From Eledone cirrhosa (lineage: Eukaryota), in assembly GCA_964016885.1 (NCBI GenBank), contig OZ024757.1, forward strand, positions 29,264,001 through 29,328,000: a DNA stretch of 64,000 bases, in the 5' to 3' direction. Each line of letters opens with the position of its first letter. Position 1 is the first letter of the stretch. The notes beneath the pieces were generated by a model, which had not been told where the DNA came from, made no database searches, and worked only from the letters and a program-made list of their open reading frames with translations. Shown here in pieces: positions 12,567-25,055 of this stretch. Made by a program: the position numbers and the translations under genes.

Positions 12567-13163
12567 GTGTGTGTGTGTGTGTGTGTGTGTGTACATACAT
12601 GTAAGCACATACTGTATCATCCATCAAAGGCTTCACCACAAACAAAACCCATATATCGCTTTACATGTAAGAATTAAAATAGTAATCATGATTTATTAGC
12701 TTGCCATCCCATGTGTACAAGTATAATGCAATAGAAATATTTTACCCTCAAAGGACATTGCCTCACGTACACCATCACTTTCAAACTCAAGATATACATC
12801 TACAACGTATGGATGCACAACATACATATATATATATATATATATATAGCGGGAGAGAGATAGAGGGAGAGAGGGCGGCAGAGCGAGAGAGAGAAAGAAA
12901 TGGTGAAATTGCTTCTTTGATTCGTCAAACTGACATTATTGAAAAAATGAGAGGGAAAATACTTTTAAAAAATACTTTTATAATGTATATAAAATATAAC
13001 CGATTTCGATGTATTTGTGAAATCCATCTTATCTAATGTTAAAATAAAAAAGAATTAAAAATTAAAGATTTGAAGCTAAGGTTAAGTGTTGAAGCAAGTT
13101 TGTTCATGTTTCTTGTTGAGAAGACTGGAAAAATATAATCTTATATATATAGAGAGAGAGGTA

Positions 13164-13224
<61 letters not shown>

Positions 13225-13244
13225 ACATATATATACACAAACAG

Positions 13245-13289
<45 letters not shown>

Positions 13290-13294
13290 TAGCG

Positions 13295-13578
13295 TGACAA
13301 TAAGAAGTCAGATTTTCAGCTTGTTATGGAACTTTATTGCATATTACAATTGTTTACATATCGATCAGCTCGTGATTGATCAGTCGCTTAGATCCCGATT
13401 CTTAATCGACACTTCTTCAGATGTGCGAGTCTACATTGGTGGTCCCATCCATGTGTATATATATTTAAGAATCAGGATTGATCATTAATCGATCGTACCT
13501 CGAGCTGATCAACAGTGAAACATATGTAATATGTAATTAATATGAATATAATGCAACACTGATTCTTTGTTCCCTGAT
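13295..13578. mobile_element. Family C fold-back, diverged
   Basis: IR catattacaattgtttac..gatcagctcg / cgagctgatc..gtgaaacatatgtaatatg; degenerate hammerhead cores on both arms; TA flanks. Confidence 0.7.
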
Positions 13579-13697
13579 ATATATATATATATATAACATA
13601 TATATAATATATATATGTAGGTTGGTAGAAATCCATAGATGAAAGATCGAAAGATCAAGGAAAACAGCGCCCAATCTGTTAGAAGAGAGCTTATTTA

Positions 13698-13868
13698 GTA
13701 AATCAAAATTTCATACGGTTAACATGTATATGTGCTGCCCAAGGTTTTAGTCATGGCCACCACTGTTTAATGGCCCTTCATTCAGGCATATCATACAGCT
13801 GTGGTCATGATTGGACACCGAAACCATTGGTAGCACATGCATGTTAAGTATATGAAACTTTGTTTACA
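13698..13868. mobile_element. Degenerate fold-back element with a hammerhead 3' half
   Basis: tttcatac..ttaacatgtatatgtgctgcc versus ggtagcacatgcatgttaagtatatgaaa; contains GAAACCATTGGTA. Confidence 0.55.
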
Positions 13869-14004
13869 CTATATATATATATATATCTAAAAATCGGAAT
13901 TATATATATATATTAAAATAACAGATTAAAGTTAAAGCAAAGAATCGCTGCTTTCACCCTTAACGGGATCTTCTGATTTTAGTCTTCACATTTATTATTA
14001 TTAC

Positions 14005-14051
<47 letters not shown>

Positions 14052-14088
14052 TATTAACAAATGGAAAATATCTTTATAATACCATGTT

Positions 14089-14148
14089 TATTTTACTATA
14101 CGTATTTCAAGGAGACAGAATTTTAGTGTGATTTCATCAGATAAAATA
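14089..14148 (-). ncRNA. Type I hammerhead ribozyme
   Basis: Minus strand: tattttat-CTGATGA-(25 nt)-GAAA-tacgta-TA-gtaaaata. Helix III is the palindrome AUACGUAU; triplet AUA; helix II is decayed. Confidence 0.7.
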
Positions 14149-14152
14149 TAAT

Positions 14153-14327
14153 TGTTTCTACTTTTGGCACAAGGCCAGCAATTACTCAGTACATTACTGG
14201 TACTTTATTTTATCGACCCCGTAAGGATGAAAGGCAAAGTTAACCTCGGCGGGATTTGAACACAGACCGTAAAGGGACGTAACTGTGCTGCAAAGCATGG
14301 CGTCCGACCCTCTACCGATACTGCCAA
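14153..14327 (-). mobile_element. Family S SINE with 20-bp flanking direct repeat (TSD)
   Basis: ttcatcagataaaatataat at 14133-14152 and 14328-14347. Confidence 0.92.
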
Positions 14328-14496
14328 TTCATCAGATAAAATATAATATTTGGTGTTAAGATATTCACATACCTTAGGGTAGACTTAATAGTATAAGGTC
14401 GCTAACGGTAGCGAGGTAACAATTCAAAACAATAAGGGAACTAAGTTAACAAGGATACATTAAATAATCAACAAACCATATAACTAATTGTTTATA

Positions 14497-14533
<37 letters not shown>

Positions 14534-15542
14534 GACGTACATTTAAAAGCGTCTCTCTTTATATATATATAAGAAATATACATATGTATACATACACACA
14601 GAGACATACACATATACAGATATAAACGCACATACACATACATCCACAGAGAATGCGTATATACATACATACACAAACAGAGACATAAATGCACATACAC
14701 AAACAGATACAAAAATGCACACACACATACAGACATACACACAAACATAGACACACACACACACATACATAAATATATACACACACATACAGTAAAAGTT
14801 ACCTTGTCTACAAAAGGCATACACATATACACAGAGAAACACACACACACACACACACAGACAGACATACTTGCACACACGGAGACATACACGCATACAT
14901 ATACATAGACATACACATATAGATACATACACAATAGGATATACGCATATACATACACACGTAGACATACACGCATATACATACACACGCAGACATACAC
15001 GCACATACATACATACACACACAGTGCGACACATTAAAAGTTACCTTCTCTTCAAGAGGCTACAACATTTTAGTAAACCACTCGTAACCTACACTTCAAT
15101 TTTTCACTATTCAATGTAGAAACACATTATACAGAGACGAAAGAAAATATAAACAAAACAGCCACCCCCTCTCCCTCTCTCTATCTCTATCTCTCACGCT
15201 CTCTCTCACACACACTATCTCTTTCTCTCTCTCACGCTATCTATCTATCTATCTATCTCTCTAACTCACTCTCTCTCACACACACACATTCTCTCTTTCA
15301 CGCTCTCTCTCTGGCAGTCATAACCAAATTTCTCTGCTCTCTCTCTTCTCTCTCTCTCTGTCACACACACTCTCTCTTTCACCCTCTCCCTCTCTCTCCC
15401 TTTCTCTCCCTCTCACTGGCAGTCACACTGTTTATCTATCTCTATCAATATCTATCTCTCTACCACACAGACTCTCTCTCTCTCCCTATCTCTCGACCAC
15501 ACAAACTTTCTCTCTCTCCCTCTCTCTCTCTCAATCACTCTG

Positions 15543-15745
15543 GCTATCAATATCTACCTCTCTCCCACACAGACTCTCTCTCTCCCTATCAATATCTACC
15601 TCTCTAACACACAGACTCTCTCTCTCTCCCTATCAATATCTACCTCTCTACCACACAGACTCTCTCTCTCTCCCTATCAATATCTACCTCTCTACCACAG
15701 ACTCTCTCTCTCTCCCTATCAATATCTACATCTCTACCACACATA
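15543..15745. repeat. ~40-44-bp CT-rich minisatellite, ~5 copies
   Basis: Unit ctatcaatatctacctctctaccacacagactctctctctctcc. Confidence 0.9.
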
Positions 15746-16029
15746 CTCCCCCCCTCTCTCTACCACACAAATTCCCCATCCCCCTCTCTCCATACCTCGA
15801 TATAACTATTCAGCTCTCTAACTCCGCTCTCGCGTTTTCTCCCTCCTTATCGTTCTCGTTATATCTATATTTCTTTCCGGCGTTATCACTTTCACTCTTG
15901 CTATCCGTTTCGCAGTCTCTGTCTCAATGTAATGCGCACACACATACTGTAAAGACGCGCGATCGTTAACAAAAAACATGCCATATATGGTCATAACCTA
16001 TTTTGTGTTTCAATAAACATGCTTGTTAA

Positions 16030-16743
16030 TATCTATATCTATATATATATATATATATATATATGCATATGTATATATATATATATATATATATGCATAT
16101 GTATATATATATATATGTATGTATATATATATATATGCATGAATATATATATATATGTATGTATATATATATATATGCATGAATATATATATATATGTAT
16201 GTATATATATATATATATGCATGAATATATATATATATGTATGTATATATATATATATGCATGAATATATATATATATATATATATATATGTATCTATAT
16301 ATATAATATATATATGTATCTATATATATATATGTATCTATATATATATATGTATCTATATATATGTATGTATCTATATATATGTATGTATCTATATATA
16401 TGTATGCATATATATATATGTATATATATATGTATGCATATATATATATGTATGCATATATATATATATATGTGTCTATATATATATGTGTATATATATA
16501 TATATGTATGCATATATATATATATGTATGCATATATATATATATGTATGCATATATATATATATATATGTATGTATATATATATATACGTATGTATATA
16601 TATATACGTATGTATATATATATACGTATGTATATATATATACGTATGTATATATATATACGTATGTATATATATATACGTATGTATATATATATATACG
16701 TATGTATATATATATATACGTATGTATATATATATATACGTAT

Positions 16744-16785
<42 letters not shown>

Positions 16786-16895
16786 GCATATGTATGTACA
16801 TACATATATGTGCATATATATATATATATGCATATGTATGTACATACATATATGTGCATATGTATTATATATATGTATATATATATATATATGAA
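16030..16895. repeat. Compound (TA)n/(TATG)n microsatellite
   Basis: Direct inspection. Confidence 0.95.
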
Positions 16896-16946
16896 TTAGT
16901 TTTGCGGCCATGAATTAGTTTTGCGATGTAATCGTGTGTCGAACAA

Positions 16947-17287
16947 ATATTGTTATACTTGGGGAGGGTTATATTTGTGTAATAATATTGCCAGAATTAA
17001 TAACAGTAAGATGGCGTAGGCATACTATACAACGGGAGGAAATATAATAACACCACTGACGATGTTACAGATGTGCAACGAAAGAACTTTGTTAGACTAT
17101 ATATATGTGTTTGTATCTATATTATATCTGTATTTTTGACCGTTGGTCAGTCAATGGTAACATTGAGGACTGAATAAATTAAATTAACCGATATAAAAGA
17201 CACAGAACCGAAAACCAACCAAACAGTGAGTGTGTTATTAATTCTGGCAATATTATTACACAAATATGACCCTCCCCAAGTATAACA

Positions 17288-17291
<4 letters not shown>
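16947..17291. mobile_element. 345-bp element with 59-bp near-perfect terminal inverted repeats
   Basis: 16947-17005 versus 17233-17291 (1 mismatch); internal CTGACGA..GAAA at 17056-17083. Confidence 0.85.
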
Positions 17292-17321
<30 letters not shown>

Positions 17322-17338
17322 ATATATTTATATATATT

Positions 17339-17528
17339 AGAAAGTGAGGTTTTTTTACAAAATAAAAAAAACGAGATGTCCTACACCAGTGAAAGTATAA
17401 AGAAAAAATCGAAAATGCAACTGGAGTCTTTTTTTTTTTAAATATATATTTATTTGGTTCCTTTACCGGTTTCGCAGTTCTTGTGCTTTTCAAAAGTAGA
17501 ATTGAGATGGAGGGTTTGTGGTTTTTCT

Positions 17529-17531
<3 letters not shown>
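17339..17531 (-). mobile_element. Family K (TA)n-embedded repeat
   Basis: Copies at 20323-20525 (same orientation) and 21162-21315 (inverted). Minus strand carries GAAACCGGTA..AATAAA, i.e. a hammerhead 3' half only. Confidence 0.85.
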
Positions 17532-17563
<32 letters not shown>

Positions 17564-17566
17564 TTG

Positions 17567-17635
17567 TGCACTAATCGCTCAGAATGTACGACAATACAGA
17601 TATATATTAATCGTAGATTCTGAGTGATTAGTGCA
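17567..17635. repeat. Short inverted repeat with 25-bp arms
   Basis: tgcactaatcgctcagaatgtacga / tcgtagattctgagtgattagtgca (2 mismatches). Confidence 0.85.
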
Positions 17636-18390
17636 TTTGTATGCATTTTTATATATATATTTACACAGCGAGAAACTAGACAAGTAAACTTTAAACCTTA
17701 AATTGTACATTCACATGTTAAAATTTAATCATACACTCACATATACAAATCCATACATACACTAACACTGCAGTAAACTTATTAAATTCACATATTTCCC
17801 TTTGAATTTAGAAACCTGATAAATACCTTCAATTGATATTTGAACCTTTTTGGGGTATTCATCAGGTGTAACATCGAAACTACAGCAAAGAAATACGTAA
17901 CCATGAAGGATATAAACTCTCTAGCTTATAGTAGTATCACTGAAACGGCTATATTAATTTGCATATTATTAATATTTATGTTAGTAGTTAATAAATATAT
18001 ATATATATATTAAACTGTGCACTAAGCAGCCGAAGTACACGAGGAATTTATAGCTGTGCATATAGATACAGAATAGAGCTAAAAATGACTGCGTAAAGCG
18101 TATATAATTTTACGCATATTTAGTATACTACTACTTTGACGCTAAACTCAACCAGTTGCAGACTGCACATGGACATGAAATATTTTTCTCTACAAAGTTC
18201 GATCACCAATAACAGAGTTTAAACCGCAAAGATCAAGTCCAGTCCATAGGTTGACATTTGAAGACTAAGTTCTTCGCTACTTACATCCTACCAGTTGTGT
18301 GATATGATCTTGACTGTGTTAATTGGACGACAAGGTCATTTCAGAAGCTTTCTATATTCCAGAACCACATCATGAGACTTATGACTGGTA

Positions 18391-18675
18391 AGCGGCTCAG
18401 CAACCGTATCTGTATCAGTGAGCGGCTCAGTGACCGTAGCTGCATCAGTAAGCAGCTCAGCGACCGTATCTGTATCAGTGAGCGGCTCAGTAACCGTAGC
18501 TGTATCAGTGAGCAGCTCAGCGACCGTATCTGTATCAGTGAGCGGCTCAGTGACCGTAGCTGTATCAGTGAGCGGCTCAGCGACCGTATCTGTATCAGTG
18601 AGCGGCTCAGTGACCGTTGCTGCATCAGTGAGCGGCTCAGCGACCGTAGCTGTATCAGTGAACGGCTCAGTGACC
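18391..18675. repeat. 30-bp minisatellite (~9.5 copies) with 60-bp higher-order alternation
   Basis: Unit agcggctcag(t/c)gaccgta(g/t)ctgtatcagtg. Confidence 0.95.
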
Positions 18676-18844
18676 CATATAGGCATGACACATATATGTA
18701 TAACATATACTACTGACATGAATCACAGTAGAAGATTAAATGTATGAATCTCATACATATGCTCTACTACTTCTTGCTGTTGTTGTTGCAGTTGATGTTT
18801 ACGTTGTCGATGTTAGTTGTTTTAATTATGGATATATGTAATTA

Positions 18845-19150
18845 TTTCTTCTTTGCCTACTTATTCCTGAGAGGGTCGTGGGGGCGGAGTCCTCAAACAT
18901 TCCCGCCAGTGGCTCCTGTCAGAAGCAACTGTCTCCAATTGATTCGGCTGTACCCTCAAAGCGAGACATCCCGAAATCATGAATGCTATCCAAACATCTT
19001 GTTCTGGGGTCAATCTCTGGGTCTGCTGTCGGTTCGCTTTGCCCATAAAATCTGTCCAGTGACTCTTTCCTGAGACATTCTAACCACCTGCCCGTAATAT
19101 CGGAGCTATGATCTCTCAATTCGAAGAAATAGTGTCGCTACCTGGAGCGA
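18845..19150 (-). mobile_element. 3' fragment of an RTE-clade LINE
   Basis: Translates LRYYGQVVRMSQERVTGQILWAKRTDSRPRD*P and, after a frameshift, QLETVASDRSHWR. This matches the RTE C-terminal pattern LRWFGHVxRM..RPRGRP..DRxxWR. Confidence 0.8.
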
Positions 19151-19836
19151 CTCTGTGATCTTATAATTCGATCTCTTTCATAATTACTTTTCTGTCTGAG
19201 TGCTTTCACTGTCACATATATGCACATACGTATGTGTGTATGCGTATGAGCATGTGTGTGTATCTATGTGAGTGCGTGTGTGTGTACGTGTGTGTATGCG
19301 TCTGTTTGTGCTTCATATTTTGTATGGGTCTTTTTTATATACATACGCCCACGCGTGTTTTTTTGTACTCTCTCTCTCTCTTCCAATAATGATTTCAAAT
19401 TACTTTTGTCTGTTGTTTTATTGTTTTATATTCTTTAGTCTGAACGTCTCCAGTTGAAGAAATTCATTATATGTTATTTTAGACTAAAGGCCTTATAGTT
19501 ATAAGTATATTAGTCAAAATAGTTTTGACTAATGATACGATGGATTATTTTAACTAAATTTCAGGAACAGACAAACAGAAACACAAACCTAAAATGTTAG
19601 TATTATGCAGATGGCTATGGGCACAATCCAACTAGGAACAGTGGCTTTGATATAAGGTAGAAGTACAGAGCGTGAGGGGGATAGATATGAGTGTAGGAAG
19701 AACAGATAATGAGGGAACATGAAGCAAAGAAACGGGGAGATTGTATACCAAGGAGAACGTTAGATATACTATAGAGCAATGATCTTATATATATATATAT
19801 ATATATATATATGTTACACAAGAGTCACATATATAT

Positions 19837-20028
19837 TGGATTGGCAGTATCGGTAGAGGGTCGGACGCCATGCTTTGACGCATAGAGTTACGGCCTTTGC
19901 CATTCTGAGTTCAATTCCCGCCGAGGTTAACTTTGCCTTTCATCCTTACGGGGTCGATAAAATAAAGTACCAGTAATGTACTGGGATAATTGCTGGCCTT
20001 GTGCCAAAAAGTAGAAACAATTATTATT
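19837..20028 (+). mobile_element. Family S SINE, near full length
   Basis: A and B boxes, central domain, (TTA) tail; nearly identical to 39830-40024. Confidence 0.92.
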
Positions 20029-20096
20029 ACTATATATATATATATATACTTATGTAAGTATATATATATATATATTTCCTTGCAGATATGCAGATA

Positions 20097-20137
<41 letters not shown>

Positions 20138-20322
20138 GTATATATTTGCTTACATATGCTTATGTAGTTATGTATGCATATATATATTTGTTTGCATTAT
20201 ATGCATATGTGTGTGTGAAATATTGTGTATGTGTACTCATCAATGTCTGCATGCATGGGTGTGATTGCGCAATGCTATAGAACTGATACCCACACAAACA
20301 TATATATATATATATATATATA

Positions 20323-20520
20323 AGAAAGTGAGGTTTTTTTTACAAAATGAAAAATAACCGAGGTGTCCTACACGAGTGAAAGTATAAAGAAAAAGAGATG
20401 AAATCGAAAATGCAACTGGAGTCTTATTTTTTTTTAAAATATATATATTTATTTGGTTCCTTTACCGGTTTCGCAGTTCTTCTGCTTTTCAAAAGGTGAG
20501 TTGAGATGGAGGGTCTGTGG

Positions 20521-20525
<5 letters not shown>
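20323..20525 (-). mobile_element. Family K repeat
   Basis: Aligns with 17339-17531; (TA)n on both sides. Confidence 0.85.
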
Positions 20526-20570
<45 letters not shown>

Positions 20571-20859
20571 GAGCAAGAGAGAGAACGAAACAGATATAGA
20601 GAGGGAGGAAGAGAGAAAGAGAGTGATGGAGAGAGAGATGGACAGAAAGAGAGAGTGGGGGGGGGGGATATAGAATTGCATATATAATTCTGTATATAAA
20701 ATATTCTATTAGATTGACGTAGGCTTTAACGATACTAATGCTATTTCCAAGATGGACGCAGGTCTTTCACTTTTACGTATGAAATATTGCGTTCGTTTGA
20801 ACAGAAAACATCGATAGCTTAACTGTATACAACAATACTATGGCACTCAGTATTCCATC

Positions 20860-21005
20860 CGGTAAAATTGGCAGAACCTTGGAGAGATTACTTTGTACTG
20901 TTCGTTCCGGTTGTTTGCGTTCTCAAATCAAATGCCACCGAAGCCAACTTTGCCTTTCACCATTTTGAGGTCGATAAAAAAAAAGTACCAGTCCAATACT
21001 GCGGT
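20860..21005 (+). mobile_element. Family S SINE, old and diverged
   Basis: aactttgcctttcaccattttgaggtcgataaaa..gtaccagt. Confidence 0.7.
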
Positions 21006-21161
21006 CCATATTTCCTCTATATATTTTCATCCTTCCTTCCCCCTTTATGACTCACTCACTCCTGATATGGTAGGATTTGATTGTGTTTTGATTTAAAATG
21101 TCCAAGACACGCCGTGTGTCACCACACACACATATATATATATATATATACACACATATAT

Positions 21162-21315
21162 GCGAGAAAACCACAAACCCCCCATCTCAATTCTACGTTT
21201 GAAAAGCACAAGAACTGTGAAACCGGTAAAGGAAACAAATAAATATTCTTAAAAAGACTAATTGCATTTTCGATTTTTTTCCTTATATTCACTCGTGTAG
21301 GAGATCATTTTCTTA
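21162..21315 (+). mobile_element. Family K repeat, inverted copy
   Basis: Reverse complement of 17375-17531. Confidence 0.85.
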
Positions 21316-21334
21316 TATATATGCACATGTAGCT

Positions 21335-22260
21335 AAAAACACACAGATCCACACATGCAATGATATTCATACCTGTACACAGGTAAAGACATACATAATT
21401 ACGTCACTGGTATTGTCTAAATTCAAATGAGAGTGACTTGTTTCTGTGTTAGAAACGAGTTCTCACTCCTTCTCTCTTTAATCATGAAAAATTTATTTTA
21501 AAAAAAACACGCATATAATCCATCATTCAGACATTTTAATAGACACTCTCGAAGCCAACAGAACCACACATGCAATGGCATCCTTACATGCACAAATATA
21601 CAAATCAAAATACATAAAGACAGTAATATCTAATTATCTAGTGGGTGTTGTCTAAATTCCAATGAAGGAATCTTGTTTCTGAATTAGGAACCGTCTCTTC
21701 CTCTCTATTAGTTAAATAAAAAAAATAAAAAATTGTTAAGCCAGAAAAACATATACCGTCCATCTTTTATGCATTTTAATAGACTCTCAAAACCTGCAGA
21801 TCCACACATACAACGACATCCATATTTGAACATAGACGCTCACAAACACACACACGAATACACCGAAACTCATACATAATTATCTATGAAAGTGTCTTGT
21901 CTCTGAGTGAGAAACTCTCTCTTTCTGTCTCTCGCTCTTTTGATATTGGTGAGAAATTCATAACAAATAAAACTAAATAAAACCTGAAGAACATACGTAT
22001 TGACACAGATCCTCACATGAAATGACTCACATATTGATTCACATATACAATGACGACCATATCTGCACATGCACGCATACACACTCACACGATCACATAC
22101 ATAATTATAATTATTTGCAAAAGTGTCTTGACTCTGTGTGAGAAACTATCTCTCTCTCTCTGTCTCTTTTTATATTAGTAAGGAATTAACAAAAGATAAA
22201 TCTAAATAAAACCAGAAAAACACACGCATTGAGTCCAACATTTATGCCTCTCAATAGACA
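21335..22260 (+). repeat. Four degenerate ~220-240-bp tandem units related to the 3' UTR at 38350-38578
   Basis: Shared cagatccacacat..tgtctaaattccaatga..tcttgt.tctg..agaaac..ctctct..aaaaccagaaaaaca. Confidence 0.7.
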
Positions 22261-22833
22261 CAGAAATGGCGTACTTATTACATACCCGTTGGGACTTGCA
22301 GACTCCAATGTTTACATGATTGAGCTACGAAATAATAATATCGTCACCAAATGATGCGTAAGATTACGTTGCAAATATAATTGCAGTAAGGTGAAGTTGT
22401 ATTTGGCGTCGATAGCAGACATAAAGTAGTTTATTGAATGTTCAAAATAACGCAGGACAAGACAGGACAATCATTTGTTTTTCTTCTTCTCCCAATCCAC
22501 AGTGGAAATGGTTTAGAAACGTGAATCTCCCTGACCACATATTACAAATAATACAATTAATAATAACTTTCAGATAAAGAGAAAGTAAATAATTTTCGGA
22601 AATAGATATTAAGATATCATATATATTCGCATAAAACAGTTATAAAAACGAAGCACTTTACATTACATTATACATCATACATATATATGTCCGGGTGTGT
22701 TTGTATTTATGCGTGCGTGTGTGTATATATATAGGCAGATACACACTTATAAACGCATATATATATATATGCATACCGATTGTGTTGCTATTTCTGTTTA
22801 CCTTTCAAAAATATATATATATATATATATATA

Positions 22834-22877
<44 letters not shown>

Positions 22878-23082
22878 ACTGTGTGAGAGTGGAATGTTTT
22901 TGCCTATGCGTACCTGCATGTGTGTGTGAGTGTATAGGTAAGAGCAACAGGAATAGAATGAATGGAATATGGTGGAAGAAGGAAGTGAGAAGAGAACAAC
23001 GTGAGAGTTTAGAGTATCAGGTGAAAGAAGAAAACACGCGTGGACATAATATCTGCTCACAAACACAGATAATGTGTCCTTC

Positions 23083-23129
<47 letters not shown>

Positions 23130-23348
23130 TAGAGTGAGATGTCGAGATATATGTATATATATTTATATATATACATATATCTCGACATATATATTTATAT
23201 ATATGCACACACACATACACATATATATAGAGTGTGAGAGAGACAGAAAGATAGAGAGATAGATAGATAGAGAGTGATAGAGTGAGATATATAGAGAAAT
23301 AGAGAGAGACAGAGAGAGTGGGAGTCATATATATATATATATATATAA

Positions 23349-23439
<91 letters not shown>

Positions 23440-23602
23440 ACGAAAAATGCGAAAGTCATAGGTAAAATCTCAATGATATCATGTACTATAAATAATCCTC
23501 AGTATTTGGAATTTTCTTCTGGAGTTCCTCCAATTACTTCACAAAGGAAACAGTCAGGAATCTGTGACACTGCTCCAGGTCTAATATAATATATATATAT
23601 AT

Positions 23603-23662
<60 letters not shown>

Positions 23663-23807
23663 CCGACATGCATACATATATATATATGTGTGTGTATGAA
23701 ACTACAAACACACACACATATATATATATATATTATATAGATTTCAAGGAGACAACAGAGTTACAAAAACTTAATAGTTTCACGCTTGTATGGAAAGGGG
23801 GAAAAGA

Positions 23808-23869
23808 AAGTTCGACGTGTGTGTATAAATATATATATATATATATATTTATACACACACGTCGAACTT
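23808..23869. repeat. Perfect 62-bp palindrome centred on (TA)n
   Basis: aagttcgacgtgtgtgtataaa(ta)n tttatacacacacgtcgaactt. Confidence 0.92.
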
Positions 23870-24031
23870 AATCTCTCCCTCTCTCTATATATATATGTAT
23901 ATATATAACCAAAAGTTAAACAAGGTTCATTGATTAATCAATGAATATAGTTTTACAATAGATTAGAAGCACTCAACTGCCAAAACTGGAATTGAACCAT
24001 CAGCACAGTTGAGGTATGTCAGACATCAATT

Positions 24032-24097
24032 TATTTTATCTGATGAGGACGTACTGATGAAACAGTTCAGTACCTCTGAAATATATATAATAAAATA
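24032..24097 (+). ncRNA. Type I hammerhead ribozyme (family E)
   Basis: tattttat-CTGATGA-ggacgtactga..tcagtacctct-GAAA-tatata-TA-ataaaata. Helix I is 8 bp; sister copy at 27043-27104. Confidence 0.82.
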
Positions 24098-24700
24098 TAT
24101 TTGATCACATGAATATCTATATTTGTTATTATTTTGAAGTAATATATATGTGTATATAGAGCGAGAGAGAGAGAGAGAGAGATATGTATACATATATATA
24201 TGTAGTTACACACACACAGCTATATATTTATACATTTTTATCTCTCCTTCACTCTCTCGCTCTCTCTCTCTATATATATATTCATAACTCATCCACTCTT
24301 CTACTTCTTTTCACATTATATCCTTAATAACATTATTTTAATAATACATATTAACAATTTCTTTTCCTCGCACATATTATTAAACCCTTCAATATACAAA
24401 CCTTAATTTAATATTATTCTTAACCCCCTTTTTCTCTTCATCAACTTTTAATTTCAAATTCTTTTAAATTATCTATTATCTTCCAACGGCTTTTTAACTT
24501 CTCTCTGTGAGACAATATATATTTTTTTCTCAGTTGTAAAGGCTATCTCTCTCTCTCTATCACCCATCTCTCCTCCTCTCTCATCCTTCCTTCTTATACT
24601 CCTCCCCCACCATTCTTTACTCTCATCTCCTCCTCTTCCTTACCCTTTCCAACCCCCTCACTGTTTGCCAATATCACACATCAATCTTAAATTATTTTTC

Positions 24701-24973
<273 letters not shown>

Positions 24974-24975
24974 TA

Positions 24976-25055
<80 letters not shown>

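Noticed and set aside
17805-17870. Possible fold-back with CTGATGA on the minus strand
   Set aside because: Only a short imperfect inverted repeat; no complete hammerhead fold could be built.
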